Origin: Felis catus
Lineage: Eukaryota
Assembly (NCBI RefSeq): GCF_018350175.1
Contig: NC_058368.1
Location: 84,942,001-85,006,000 of the forward strand
Length of the DNA stretch: 64,000 nt
Reading direction: 5' to 3'
Shown: positions 27,004-38,848 of the stretch, in pieces
How positions within the stretch are numbered: position 1 is the first letter of the stretch
Layout of the letters: every line of letters starts with the position of its first letter
Program-made: the position numbers and the translations under genes
The notes under the pieces: generated by a model
What the model saw: the letters and a program-made list of their open reading frames with translations, nothing else
Databases searched by the model: none
What the model was told of the DNA's origin: nothing

Positions 27004-27956
27004 TTACCTGGAGGACTGACACCGCCCCATTAACTTTTTCAGTGCACTTAGAACTTCCTTGTTCCTGAGACTGTAGGCAAGAGGATTTAGGAGAGGGGTG
27101 AGGACAGTTCCAAACAGAAAAAGACCCTGATTTAACTTTGGAGTCTTGGCAGAACCAGGTCTCATGTATATGCACAAACCTGGACCAAAATAGAGACCCA
27201 CCACACAGAGATGAGAGGAGCAGGTGGCCAGAGCCTTGTTCCTCCCTTCTGGGGAGTTCATTCGGAGTACAGCAAGGAAGATGAGAACATAAGAAGACAA
27301 AATGAGAGATAAGGGCAGGAGCAGAACAAGGATGCTTGTTATCACCACTGCCTTCTCATAGGCTGAGATATCCTCACAGACGATCCTAAGCACAGCCATA
27401 ACTTCACAGAAGAAGTGGGGAATTTCTCTGGGGCTGCAGATATTAAAATGCAAGGTAAAAGCCGTGTGGCCCAAGGAAGTAAGTGCCCCTCCAACCCAAG
27501 ACATAGCAATCATCTGTAAGCATACCCTAAGATTTATAATGGCTGGGTACCGAAGAGGATCGCATATGGCTACATAACGATCAAAACACATGAGCGTTAT
27601 AAGGATGCATTCCGCAATGGCCACAGTCAGGGAGAAGAAAATTTGAGTCCCACAAGCCAAGAATGATATGCTCCGCCATCCAGAGAAGAAGTTGGTGGCC
27701 ATCTTGGGGATGATGCTAGAGGTCAAAGTTAAGTCCATTAAGGAGAGCTGACTGAGCAGGAAGTACATGGGGGTGTGGAGATGGGAGTACAACCAAATGA
27801 GGAGGATCAGAAGAGTGTTGCCAGTGAAGGTTGCCATGTAGATCAGGAGAATGATGGAGACCATGGCTGAAATGTATTTAAATTCAGGGAAGAAGCCCAG
27901 GAGGATGAAATCTGTGGGTTTTGTCTCATTCCCGCTCCTCAAGGCTGTCTGTAATG
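27004..27956 (-). CDS. Olfactory receptor, class II, family-2-like (OR2L/M/V/AK/AV-type clade); main coding exon
   Basis: Uninterrupted 7TM ORF: NET glycosylation site, FILLGF, LHTPMYFLLSQLS, MCFDRYVAICDPLRY, HFFCE, KALATCSSH, PLLNPLAYSLRNKEV; 312 aa from TTG at 27942 to stop at 27004. The 5' boundary is set at the predicted acceptor (ttag|). Confidence 0.93.
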
Positions 27957-28469
27957 CTAACAGGAAGAGAGGAGATTTAAAAAAGGAAGAGAAGAGATTT
28001 TTTTTAATATCGTAGAAATGAAGCATTTTCTTATTAAAGTTTAAGAATAATATTGTAATAACATTGGCAAATATGAAAATAATCATCCATGATCACTTGA
28101 ATCAGTTTTTAATATTTCTTTCTACATTACTTATCCATGCCCTAATGTACTTCTAGAAACCAGAGTGTATGTATTATAATGCATTCCATTAATTTTATTT
28201 TATGAGACTTATTTTCATATATTAAAAGAAACTTTGGATAAATGTAGTTGTTTTTTTCTTACAATTGTAAAATATGATGATGTGTTGATAAGTCACAATT
28301 TCCAACTGCCCATTGTCCAGTTTTTCATAACTTTAGAAAATTATGCTATTTCCATTCTTATCTTCTCAGTGATTTCCTTAATATAAATTATACTTATATA
28401 TAATATAAAATATAAATATATATATTATATAAATACATACAAAATATTATGTATATATATATATGTAGT

Positions 28470-28654
28470 ATATTTTTGAGAGAGAGAGTGAGCACAAGAG
28501 AGGGAAGGATGGAGACAGAGACTGGGACACAGGATCCAATGTAGGCTCTGTGTTGACAGCAGAGAGCCAGATGTGGGACTTGAACTCACCAACAGTGAGA
28601 TCATGACCTGGGCCAAAGTCCCACAGTTAACTGACTGAGCCACCCACATGTCCC
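28470..28654 (-). mobile_element. Carnivore SINE in the predicted OR intron
   Basis: Diverged SINEC body (gagatcatgacctgggccaaagtc...ctgagccaccca). Confidence 0.85.
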
Positions 28655-29149
28655 AATAATATGTTTGAGGAAAAATTATAGATTTTGTTTTCCCATGGAA
28701 AAAAATCACCGTTAATTTAATTTATAGAAGGATTTTTCAAAATTTTAAAATACTTCTACTTTAGTCAAGCCTTTTGGCTCTGGGCACTTAGGGGACATTA
28801 TAATTTAGGAGAAAATTGATCATTAGGCCTGTGCTTTGTGTTACACACATTTATGGTTATTTAAGTTTTTAATCTAATTGGTCTGATTTTCTATCCAGGG
28901 AAACTACTCATTGTATTTACATGGTTTATAGTAAATTCAGATTATGTATTAATGAGGGAGAAAGTTTTATTTCTATATGAGGTTGTAGGGTTCTTGCTCT
29001 TATAGAATTTGTACTGTCTTTAACCTCTAGCTACAGCTGTTATGCCATTGATGGGTGCAGAGAAAAACTTTAGGTCTTCTTTCTTTCAAGTTTACTAACT
29101 TTATCCTTTTTAGATTATCTTAGCTCTATTTAATCCTCTTTCTAGATAT

Positions 29150-29520
29150 CTATAAAACACTGTAAATATCTATACAACTCTTGCTGAGTCTATAGCAAAA
29201 GGGAACACACCTATCTCTTTGTATGGGACTCCTATAACCTTATTACAAAAACCTGGCGATGATAGTACAAGAAAGAGAAATTGTATTCTTGCAAAAAGTT
29301 TCCAAGTTATTTTTAAAAAGAGTAAATTGACCCTAATTGTGTATTAAAAAAAACATAATTACCTGAATTTAATGTAAGGCAAGATTAATATCAGAGTATT
29401 TCTAAAGTTAGTTCACCAATTAGAACAGATTAAATTTTAAAAAATGATATGCCTTTTGCATTAGTTACAAAAGCTTGATAGAATTTACTAAATCATGATT
29501 TAAAAACCTACCTAAGTAAC
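29150..29520 (+). mobile_element. Very old L1 ORF2 relic
   Basis: ataaccttattacaaaaacctgg...agtacaagaaagagaaattg resembles the ITLIPKP..KKENY region. Confidence 0.45.
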
Positions 29521-30774
29521 GTGTAGTAAAATAAGAGACTCCAATATCCTATTCTATTATCTCCTTGGAAAACTGTGACATTCATTCATGACATTCTTGA
29601 AAATATCATTTCTAAATTGTTAGGATACTCCCCTCTTCTGAAAGCTGTGTATGTATGTGTGTATGCCAACTGTAAGAGGGAGATCCAAGTTTCCTTTGTT
29701 AATTACAAAAAGGACTAAAAGAATCTGTTGCCCGCATCCACCCAGTACCCTCTCCTTAGAAACAGTGTGTTCAAATATTAGGTCATTGATTACTTTTCTA
29801 ATACTTGTGCAATTTGATTTCAATTCACTGCTTCTTTCCAGATAATTCATTTTGATTTGCTCACCAAAAATAGTAACGACTTTTGGATGCAGAAATTATG
29901 ACAACAAAAATATCCAAGTCTGTTCTCCCTTTGCTCACACTAAGAGCCTCAAACTTCTTGTGAAGAATGAGAAAGCCTCTGTGGGTTGGTACTGCCAGAA
30001 ATAGGCATCTGTTTTCATATATCCATACTTTATTACAGCATTCTATGTTGATCGGCTTCAAATCAATTGATCACATGCGAATCAGACCTGCCTTCTGTCA
30101 CTGGGTGTTTGATTGACTTGATGAGTTAGCCTGCTTTTAGATATGGAGATAGTTTAAGATAAAAATAATAATAGTAATAATAATAATAATGACAAAACTT
30201 GCCATCATGCATCTTACTTTCTCCTGCCTTGGAGTGAGTCTTGGTGTAACCAGTGGGTTGTCTGTGCTTGATATAGAGTCATCAGATGGCGAGGAACTGA
30301 ATTTTCAGAATGGCTAGATGTTTCAAAGTTGTCTAACTTCTCAGAAAAGCAAAGCAGGGTTCTGTGACTTCAGTGCTATGTTACACAGTTTCTGATTCCT
30401 AGCTCAAGTGCTGTTTCCTGAAGCTTTTGGGTATCCATAAGCTTGGCTAAATTCTATTATAAAATTTCCTTACAAATTCTATTCATTATAGCCTGGGCTA
30501 AAACCTAAATTTCATCATTGTCTGTGATTATATATTTTAAAGTATGCCTTGTCCCTTAAACCATGAGATTTATGATGCAAGGAACTGTCTTTGCCACATT
30601 CCACCTTTTCTCTTTAGGTCCTTCATGTTGCATTCAGTGAAAATGAGTTAAATACATCATCAGCTTAGGGATGGAATACTAGATATTGTGCATGGACCAA
30701 GTAAATGTTTTTAGCACAAACATTTTTCTACCAGAAATTATTGCTTTAGTTACTTCCTCTATCAAGGTGCTTAC

Positions 30775-30796
30775 CTTGTAATTTTTGTTCAGTCAT
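30775..30796 (-). CDS. Predicted upstream coding mini-exon of the OR (MTEQKLQ + 1 nt)
   Basis: Minus strand ATG ACT GAA CAA AAA TTA CAA G|GTAAGC: strong donor; phase 1 matches the acceptor at 27957-27958 (14 nt before TTG). Confidence 0.55.
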
Positions 30797-30949
30797 TAAA
30801 ATTTCTTAGAAAATATAAAATGTTCAAAATTCCTATTGCCAATTAATATTGAATGTATTGTTAAAGAAGAAAACATAAACTATTTTAGTAGGAAAAAAAC
30901 AAGTAACTCTGTAGGACTTGATAAGCTGTCTCTCCTCAGCCTGTTGCTT

Positions 30950-31230
30950 TGTGAGCAGAGCTGGGATCTGCCTAATTCCTCAGTGCCCTGGGGTTTAGTG
31001 TGGAATGTCTTCTCAGACCAAACGCTGCAGCTTCATGACAGCCCTTCCAGTTTCTCATTAAGAGCTGTGGTATTCAAATGTAGCAATCTTCTCCCCATGA
31101 TATAATTAGAGTTTTTCAAAACTACCTATTAGAACAGGCTTAGATTTTTTTCTTTTGTCATCATTTCTATTATTTTCCCAGAGGTCCAATTTATAATTCT
31201 CTTTGTCTTTTAGTCATTAATCCCATACAA
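30950..31230 (-). promoter_or_regulatory. Candidate OR promoter: O/E (EBF)-like and homeodomain (TAATGA) motifs
   Basis: gccctgggg (~30985-30993), ttcccagagg (~31175-31184), TAATGA on minus strand at 31055-31060 and ~31214-31219, just upstream of the predicted first exon. Confidence 0.35.
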
Positions 31231-31711
31231 CCATTAAATAAGTTATTGATTTTTTTTCCTTTCTAACATCTCTTATTTTCTCCTTACTTTGTATTCCCAG
31301 AACTAACACTCTAAAACTATTTCCCCTTTCTAGAATCATCTCCTTTACCTTATCTTCATAGCTACATTTTCCATTTTCTTCAAGGTCAGATTTAAGTTTG
31401 ACCTCTCTAGGAAAGTCTTCTTTTATGTCCACAGTGGATAACAACATATTTTTCTTAGTTAATTATGATATATATCTTTTGGCTTATTACCTACATTGTA
31501 TTGTTACTGGTCTCTTAACATGCTCTTACAGTTAATAACAAGATTTTAAACTCTGGAAAGCCTAGGATTTTGCCTCAGTTTTCCTTTCGTTTCCTATTCC
31601 TGGTAGGTTTATTCTTACATTTCATTAAATCAATGAATGCTATACTATATGCTTTAAATTAAAAGTGGAAAAAAATGAAGTCACTAAACCTTGTTAAAAT
31701 GAAAGAATCCA

Positions 31712-31920
31712 GTGGTACCTGGGTGGCTCAGTCAGTTGTCGCCCACTTTGACTCAGGTCGTGATCTCATGGTGGCTCCTGAGTTTGAGCCCTACATCAGG
31801 CTCTGTGCTGACAGATCAGCCTGGAGCCTGCTTCAGATTCTGTGTCTCCCTTTCTCTCTGCCCCTCCCCTGCTCATGCTTTGTCTCTCAAAAATAAGTAA
31901 ACATTAAAAATTTTTAAAAA
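31712..31920 (+). mobile_element. Carnivore SINE
   Basis: gtggtacctgggtggctcagtc...ctcaggtcgtgatctc; A-rich tail. Confidence 0.88.
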
Positions 31921-32179
31921 GGAATATGAGGAAATTGTTTGGAGAGAATTTATTTCTTTCCACATAATTGTTCTTTCTTTACTAACCCTACAGTCACCTT
32001 TGTTACTGCTAATACGGTCACATTTGAGCTTCAATCAAGTACTTTTGGCCACCCAATCCTATCACGCTACTTTTTAATATATTTTCCTCTTACAAATGGA
32101 TCCAAATAGATCCCTGATTCAAAAGAAAATCAAATGATTCATCAAACTAGATACTTTTAAAACGTTAATAATATTTTAA

Positions 32180-32895
32180 AATAAACTTTTTATTTTTTGA
32201 ACAGTTCCAGATTTATAGAGCAGTTGACAAATAGTACAGAATTTCCATACATCCTTCATTCAGTTTTCTATATTGTTAACATCATACATTACTATGGAAC
32301 CAACATTGGTTCTTTAGTAAAACTAAGAACCAATATTTGTACATTAGTATTAACTAAAATCTATACTTTATCCAGATTTCACCCATTTTCCATAATGTAC
32401 TTATCTTTTTTCAGATTTTTTTTTAAGGAGATCACATTATATTTAGTCAGCATGTCTCCTTAGGCTCCTCTAGGCTGTGAGAGTGATTCAGTCCTTGTTT
32501 TTAAAGCCTTGACCATTTTGAGGAGTACTGACAGGTGTTTTTAGCACATCCCTCAATTATTTTTTGCCTGATGTTTTTCTCCTCATTAGACTAACATTAT
32601 AGGTTTTGGGAAAGAAGATTGCAGATGTAAAGTGCTCTTGTCATGTCATGCTAGGGGTACATGATGTCTACATGACTTATCACTGATGATGTTAATCTTG
32701 GTCACTTGGCTGATAGTGCTTGTAAGATTTCTCCACTGTAAAGTTACTCCCCCCTTCCCTGTTATATGTCCTACTCTTTGAAAACAAGGCACTAAGTGCA
32801 GTTCACATTCAAGGTGGGAGGCAGGCTAATGTTCACCTTTTTTGAGGGGTGGACTATCTACATTAATTATTTGGAATTATCCTATACAGGAGCTT
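32180..32895 (-). mobile_element. Old L1 (L1MC/MD-like) 3' end
   Basis: tttttattttttgaacagttccagatttatagagcagttgacaaatagtacagaatttcc; gatgttaatcttggtcacttggct motifs. Confidence 0.7.
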
Positions 32896-32897
32896 GG

Positions 32898-33265
32898 TTT
32901 TCCTTCCTTCCTCCCTCCATCTCTTTCTTCCTCCCTTCCTTCTTCCCTTCTTTCTTCCTTACCCCCTCCATCCTTTCCTTCCTTCCTTCCTTCCTTCCTT
33001 CCTTCCTTCCTTCCTTCCTCACTCCCTCCTTCCCTTTACCTTCCTTCCTTCCTTCCTTCCTTCCTTCCTTCCTTCCTCACTCCCTCCTTCCCTTTACCTT
33101 CCTTCCTTCCTTCCTTCCTTCCTTCCTTCCTCACTCCCTCCTTCCCTTTACCTTCCTTCCTTTCTTCCTTCCTTCCTTCCTCACTCCCTCCTTCCCTCCC
33201 TTCCTCCTTCCTTTGTTCTTTCCTTCCTTCTCTCCTTTTCTTTCTTCTTTTTTTCCTTCCTTCTC
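32898..33265. repeat. (TTCC)n-based polypyrimidine tract with a higher-order unit
   Basis: tcactccctccttccc anchors at 33019, 33077, 33131 and 33181, separated by TTCC runs. Confidence 0.95.
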
Positions 33266-33396
33266 ATAGTGATTAATTTATGTCACTATGAAGTCACAGA
33301 CTTCATACTGTGGAAAAATCATATTTTTATTTTCCATTCTTTGAAAAAATAACAAGTGCTATGTATAGCCCTTAACTACGTTTTTTTTTTTTACTT

Positions 33397-33445
<49 letters not shown>

Positions 33446-33666
33446 TGTATGAAATTTATTGACAAATTGGTTTCCATACAACACCCAGTGCTCATCCCAA
33501 AAGGTGCCCTCCTCAATACCCATCACCCACCCTCTCCTCCCTCCCACCCCCCATCAACCCTCAGTTTGTTCTCAGTTTTTAACAGTCTCTTATGCTTTGG
33601 CTCTCTCCCACTCTAACCTCTTTTTTTTTTTTCCTTCCCCTCCCCCATGGGTTCCTGTTAAGTTTC

Positions 33667-36600
33667 TCAGGATCCACATAAGAGTGAAACCATTAGGTAT
33701 CTGTCTTTCTCTGTATGGCTTATTTCACTTAGCATCACACTCTCCAGTTCCATCCACGTTGCTACAAAAGGCCATATTTCATTTTTTCTCATTGCCACGT
33801 AGTATTCCATTGTGTATATAAACCACAATTTCTTTATCCATTTATCAGTTGATGGACATTTAGGCTCTTTCCATAATTTGGCTATTGTTGAGAGTGCTGC
33901 TATGAACCTTGGGGTACAAGTGCCCCTATGCATCAGTACTCCTGTATCCCTTGGATAAATTCCTAGCAGTGCTATTGCTGGGTCATCGGGTAGGTCTATT
34001 TTTAATTTTCTGAGGAACCTCCACACTGCTTTCCAGAGCGGCTGCACCAATTTGCATTCCCACCAACAGCGCAAGAGGGTTCCCGTTTCTCCACATCCTC
34101 TCCAGCATCTAGAGTCTCCTGATTTGTTCATTTTGGCCACTCTGACTGGCGTGAGGTGATAGCTGAGTGTGGTTTTGATTTGTATTTCCCTGATAAGGAG
34201 CGACGTTGAGCATCTTTTCATGTGCCTGTTGGCCATCCGGATGTCTTCTTTAGAGAAGTGTCTATTCATGTTTTCTGCCCATTTCTTCACTGGGTTATTT
34301 GTTTTTCGGGTGTGGAGTTTGGTGAGCTCTTTATAGATTTTGGATACTAGCCCTTTGTCCGATATGTCATTTGCGAATATCTTTTCCCATTCCGTTGGTT
34401 GCCTTTTAGTTTTGTTGGTTGTTTCCTTTGCTGTGCAGAAGCTTTTTCTCTTCATAAGGTCCCAGTAATTCACTTTTGCTTTTAATTCCCTTGCCTTTGG
34501 GGATGTGTCGAGTAAGAGATTGCTACGGCTGAGGTCAGAGAGGTCTTTTCCTGCTTTCTCCTCTAAGGTTTTGATGGTTTCCTGTCTCACATTTAGGTCC
34601 TTTATCCATTTTGAGTTTATTTTTGTGAATGGTGTGAGAAAGTGGTCTAGTTTCAACCATCTGCATGTTGCTGTCCAGTTCTCCCAGCACCATTTGTTAA
34701 AGAGACTGTCTTTTTTCCATTGGATGTTCTTTCCTGCTTTGTCAAAGATGAGTTGGCCATACGTTTGTGGGTCTAGTTCTGGGGTTTCTATTCTATTCCA
34801 TTGGACTATGTGTCTGTTTTTGTGCCAATACCATGCTGTCTTGATGATGACAGCTTTGTAGTAGAGGCTAAAGTCTAGGATTGTGATGCCTCCTGCTTTG
34901 GTCTTCTTCTTCAAAATTCCTTTGGCTATTCGGGGCCTTTTGTGGTTCCATATGAATTTTAGGGTTGCTTGTTCTAGTTTCGAGAAGAATGCTGGTGCAA
35001 TTTTGATTGGGATTGCATTGAATGTGTAGATAGCTTTGGGTAGTATTGACATTTTGACAATATTTATTTTTCCAATCCATGAGCAGGGAATGTATTTCCA
35101 TTTCTTTAAATCTTCTTCAATTACCATAATAAGCTTTCTATAGTTTTCAGCATATAGATCCTTTACATCTTTGGTTAGATTTATTCCTAGGTATTTTATG
35201 CTTCTTGGTGCAATTGTGAATGGGATCAGTTTCTTTATTTGTCTTTCTGTTGCTTCATTGTTAGTGTATAAGAATGCAACTGATTTCTGTACATTGATTT
35301 TGTATCCTGAAACTTTGCTGAATTCCTGTATCAGTTCTAGCAGACTTTTGGTGGAGTCTATCGGATTTTCCATGTATAATATCATGTCATCTGCAAAAAG
35401 CGAAAGCTTGACTTCATCTTTGCCAATTTTGATGCCTTTGATTTCCTTTTGTTGTCTGATTGCTGATGCTAGAACTTCCAGCACTATGTTAAACAGCAGC
35501 GGTGAGAGTGGGCATCCTTGTCGTGTTCCTGATCTCAGGGAAAAGGCTCTCAGTTTTTCCCTGTTGAGGATGATGTTTGCTGTGGGCTTTTCATAAATGG
35601 CTTTTATGATCTTTAAGTATGTTCCTTCTATCCCGACTTTCTCAAGGGTTTTTATTAAGAAATGGTGCTGGATTTTGTCAAAGGCCTTTTCTGCATCGAT
35701 TGACAGGATCATATGGTTCTTCTCTTTTTTTTTGTTAATGTGATGTATCACGTTGATTGATTAGCAAATGTTGAACCAGCCCTGCATCCCAGGAATGAAT
35801 CCCACTTGATCATGGTGAATAATTCTTTTTATATGCCATTGAATTCGATTTGCTAGTATCTTATTGAGAATTTTTGCATCCATATTCATCAGGGATATTG
35901 GCCTGTAGTTCTCTTTTTTTACTGGGTCTCTGTCTGGTTTAGGAATCAAAGTAATACTGGCTTCATAGAATGAGTCTGGAAGTTTTCCTTCCCTTTCTAT
36001 TTCTTGGAATAGCTTGAGAAGGATAGGTATTATCTCTGCTTTAAACGTCTGGTAGAACTCCCCTGGGAAGCCATCTGGTCCTGGACTCTTATTTGTTGGG
36101 AGATTTTTGATAACCGATTCAATTTCTTCGCTGGTTATGGGTCTGTTCAAGCTTTCTATTTCCTCCTGATTGAGTTTTGGAAGAGTGTGGGTGTTAAGGA
36201 ATTTGTCCATTTCTTCCAGGTTGTCCAATTTGTTGGCATATAATTTTTCATAGTATTCTCTGATAATTGCTTGTATCTCTGAGGGATTGGTTGTAATAAT
36301 TCCATTTTCATTCATGATTTTATCTATTTGGGTCATCTCCCTTTTCTTTTTGAGAAGCCTGTCTAGAGGTTTGTCAATTTTGTTTATTTTTTCAAAAAAC
36401 CAACTCTTGGTTTCGTTGATCTGCTCTACAGTTTTTTTAGATTCTATATTGTTTATTTCTGCTCTGATCTTTATTATTTCTCTTCTTCTGCTGGGTTTAG
36501 GCTGCCTTTGCTGTTCTGCTTCTAGTTCCTTTAGGTGTGCTGTTAGATTTTGTATTTGGGATTTTTCTTGTTTCTTGAGATAGGCCTGGATTGCAATGTA

Positions 36601-37488
36601 TTTTCCTCTCAGGACTGCCTTCGCTGCATCCCAAAGCGTTTGGATTGTTGTATTTTCATTTTCGTTTGTTTCCATATATTTTTTAATTTCTTCTCTAATT
36701 GCCTGTTTGACCCACTCATTCGTTAGTAGGGTGTTCTTTAACCTCCATGCTTTTGGAGGTTTTCCAGACTTTTTCCTGTGCTTGATTTCAAGCTTCGTAG
36801 CATTGTGGTCTGAAAGTATGCATGGTATAATTTCAATTCTTGTAAACTTATGAAGGGCTGTTTTGTGACCCAGTATATGATCTATCTTGGAGAATGTTCC
36901 ATGTGCACTTGAGAAGAAAGTATATTCTGTTGCTTTGGGATGCAGAGTTCTAAATATATCTCTCAAGTCCATCTGATCCAATGTCTCATTCAGGGCCCTT
37001 GTTTCTTTATTGACCGTGTGTCTAGATGATCTATCAATTTCTGTAAGTGGGGTGTTAAAGTCCCCTGCAATTACCACATTCTTATCAATAAGGTTGCTTA
37101 TGTTTATGAGTAATTGTTTTATATATTTGGGGGCTCCGGTATTCGGCGCATAGACATTTATAATTGTTAGCTCTTCCTGACGGATAGTCCCTGTAACTAT
37201 TATATAATGCCCTTCTTCATCTCTTGTTGCAGCCTTTAATTTAAAGTCTAGTTTGTCTGATATAAGTATGGCTACTCCAGCTTTCTTTTGGCTTCCAGTA
37301 GCATGATTAATAGTTCTCCATCCCCTCACTCAATCTAAAGGTGTCCTCAGGTCTAAAATGAGTCTCTTGTAGACAGAAAATAGATGGTTCTTGTTTTTTT
37401 ATCCATTCTGATACCCTATGTCTTTTGGTTGGCGCATTAATCCATTTACATTCAGTGTTATTATAGAAAGATACGGGTTTAGCGTCAT
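33667..37488 (-). pseudogene. L1 ORF2 (APE endonuclease - RT - C-terminal Cys domain) with two N-terminal frameshifts and one nonsense codon
   Basis: ATG at 37488; 522-aa and 694-aa ORFs in the same frame separated only by TAA at 35761-35763; [21 protein letters not shown] and FADD motifs present. Confidence 0.95.
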
Positions 37489-37538
37489 TGTGACGTCTGT
37501 ATGTTTTATGCTTGTAGTGATGTCTTTGGGACTTTGTC

Positions 37539-38431
37539 TCACAGGGTCCCCCTTAGGATCTCTTGTAGGGCTGGTTTAGTGGTGACAAATTCCTTCAGTT
37601 TTTGTTTGTTTGGGAAGACTTCATCTCTCCTTCTATTCTAAATGACAGACTTGCTGGATAAAGGATTCTCGGCTGCATATTTTTTCTGTCTAGCACCCTG
37701 AAAATCTCGTGCCAATTCTTTCTGGCCTGCCAAGTTTCAAAAGAGAGATCAGTCATGAGTCTTATAGGTCTCCCTTTATATGTGAGGGCACGTTTACCCC
37801 TTGCTGCTTTCAGAATTTTCTCTTTATCCTTGTATTTTGCCAGTTTCACTATGATATGTCGTGCAGAAGATCGATTCAAGTTACATCTGAAGGGAGTTCT
37901 CTCTGCCTCTTGGATTTCAATGCCTTTTTCCTTCCCCAGTTCAGGGAAGTTCTCAGCTATTATTTCTTCAAATACCCCTTCAGCACCTTTCCCTCTCTCT
38001 TCCTCCTCTGGGATACCAATTATGCGTATATTATTTCTTTTTAGTGTATCACTTAGTTCTCTAATTTTCCCCTCATACTCCTGGATTTTTTTATCTCTCT
38101 TTTTCTCAGCTTCCTCTTTTTCCATAACTTTATCTTCTAGTTCACCTATTCTCTCCTCTGCCTCTTCAAGCCGAGCTGTGGTGGTTTCCATTTTGTTATG
38201 CATTTCGTTTAAAGCGTTTTTCAGCTCTTTCTGACTGTTCCTTAGTCCCTTGATCTCTGTAGCAAGAGATTCTCTGCTGTCCTGTATACTGTTTTCAAGC
38301 CCAGCGATTAATTTTATGACTATTATTCTAAATTCACTTTCTGTTATATTATTTAAATCCTTTTTGATCAGCTCATTAGCTGTTGTTCTTTCCTGGAGAT
38401 TCTTCTGAGGGGAATTCTTCCGCTTGGTCAT
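37539..38431 (-). pseudogene. L1 ORF1 (RNA-binding protein) with a 1-bp frameshift near the C-terminus
   Basis: MTKRKNSPQKNLQE... from ATG 38431; shifts at ~37620 (EGEM KSSQ instead of EGEIKVFPNKQKL); natural stop TGA at 37539-37541. Confidence 0.93.
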
Positions 38432-38776
38432 TTTGGATAGTCCCTGGAGTGGTGAGGACCTGCAGGGCACTTCCCCTGTGCTGTGGTGTATAACTGGAGT
38501 TGGTGGGCGGGGCCGCAGTCAGACCTGATGTCTGCCCCCAGCCCACCGCTGGGGCCACAGTCAGACTGGTGTGTGCCTTCTCTTCCCCTCTCCTAGGGGC
38601 GGGATTCACTGTGGGGTGGTGTGGCCCCTCTGGGCTACTTGCACACTGCCAGGCTTGTGATGCTAGGGATCTGGCGTATTAGCTGGGGTGGGTAGGCAAG
38701 GTGCACAGCGGCAGGAGGGGCAGGCTTAGATCGCTTCTCCTTAGGTGATCCATTTCAGGAGGGGCCCTGTGGCATT

Positions 38777-38848
38777 GGGAGGGAGTCAGATCCACTGCGG
38801 GAGGGAGTCAGATCCACTGCGGGAGGGAGTCAGATCCACTGCGGGAGG
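38777..38848. repeat. Perfect 22-bp tandem repeat x3.3 within the L1 5'UTR
   Basis: gggagggagtcagatccactgc at 38777, 38799 and 38821, then gggagg. Confidence 0.97.

Noticed and set aside
27957..28086. 48-aa N-terminal extension of the OR ORF (MIIFIFANV..., ATGs at 28086 and 28026)
   Set aside because: AT-rich sequence ending in a polypyrimidine tract and AG looks like an intron 3' end, not an OR N-terminus. It cannot be fully excluded if transcripts are unspliced.
30218..30282. Alternative upstream coding exon (ATG 30282 ... AA|GTAAGA)
   Set aside because: 65 nt (phase 2) is out of frame with all three acceptors before the OR; at most a non-coding or alternative exon.
32796..33352. Three overlapping 144-157 aa ORFs rich in F/L/P/S
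   Set aside because: Translations of the (TTCC)n tract.
34505..38234. Plus-strand ORFs of 85-159 aa (and similar, e.g. 57671-58276 minus)
   Set aside because: Antisense shadows of L1 ORF1/ORF2 produced by A-rich codon bias.
38777..38848. CRISPR-like direct repeats
   Set aside because: No spacers, eukaryotic context, inside an L1 5'UTR.
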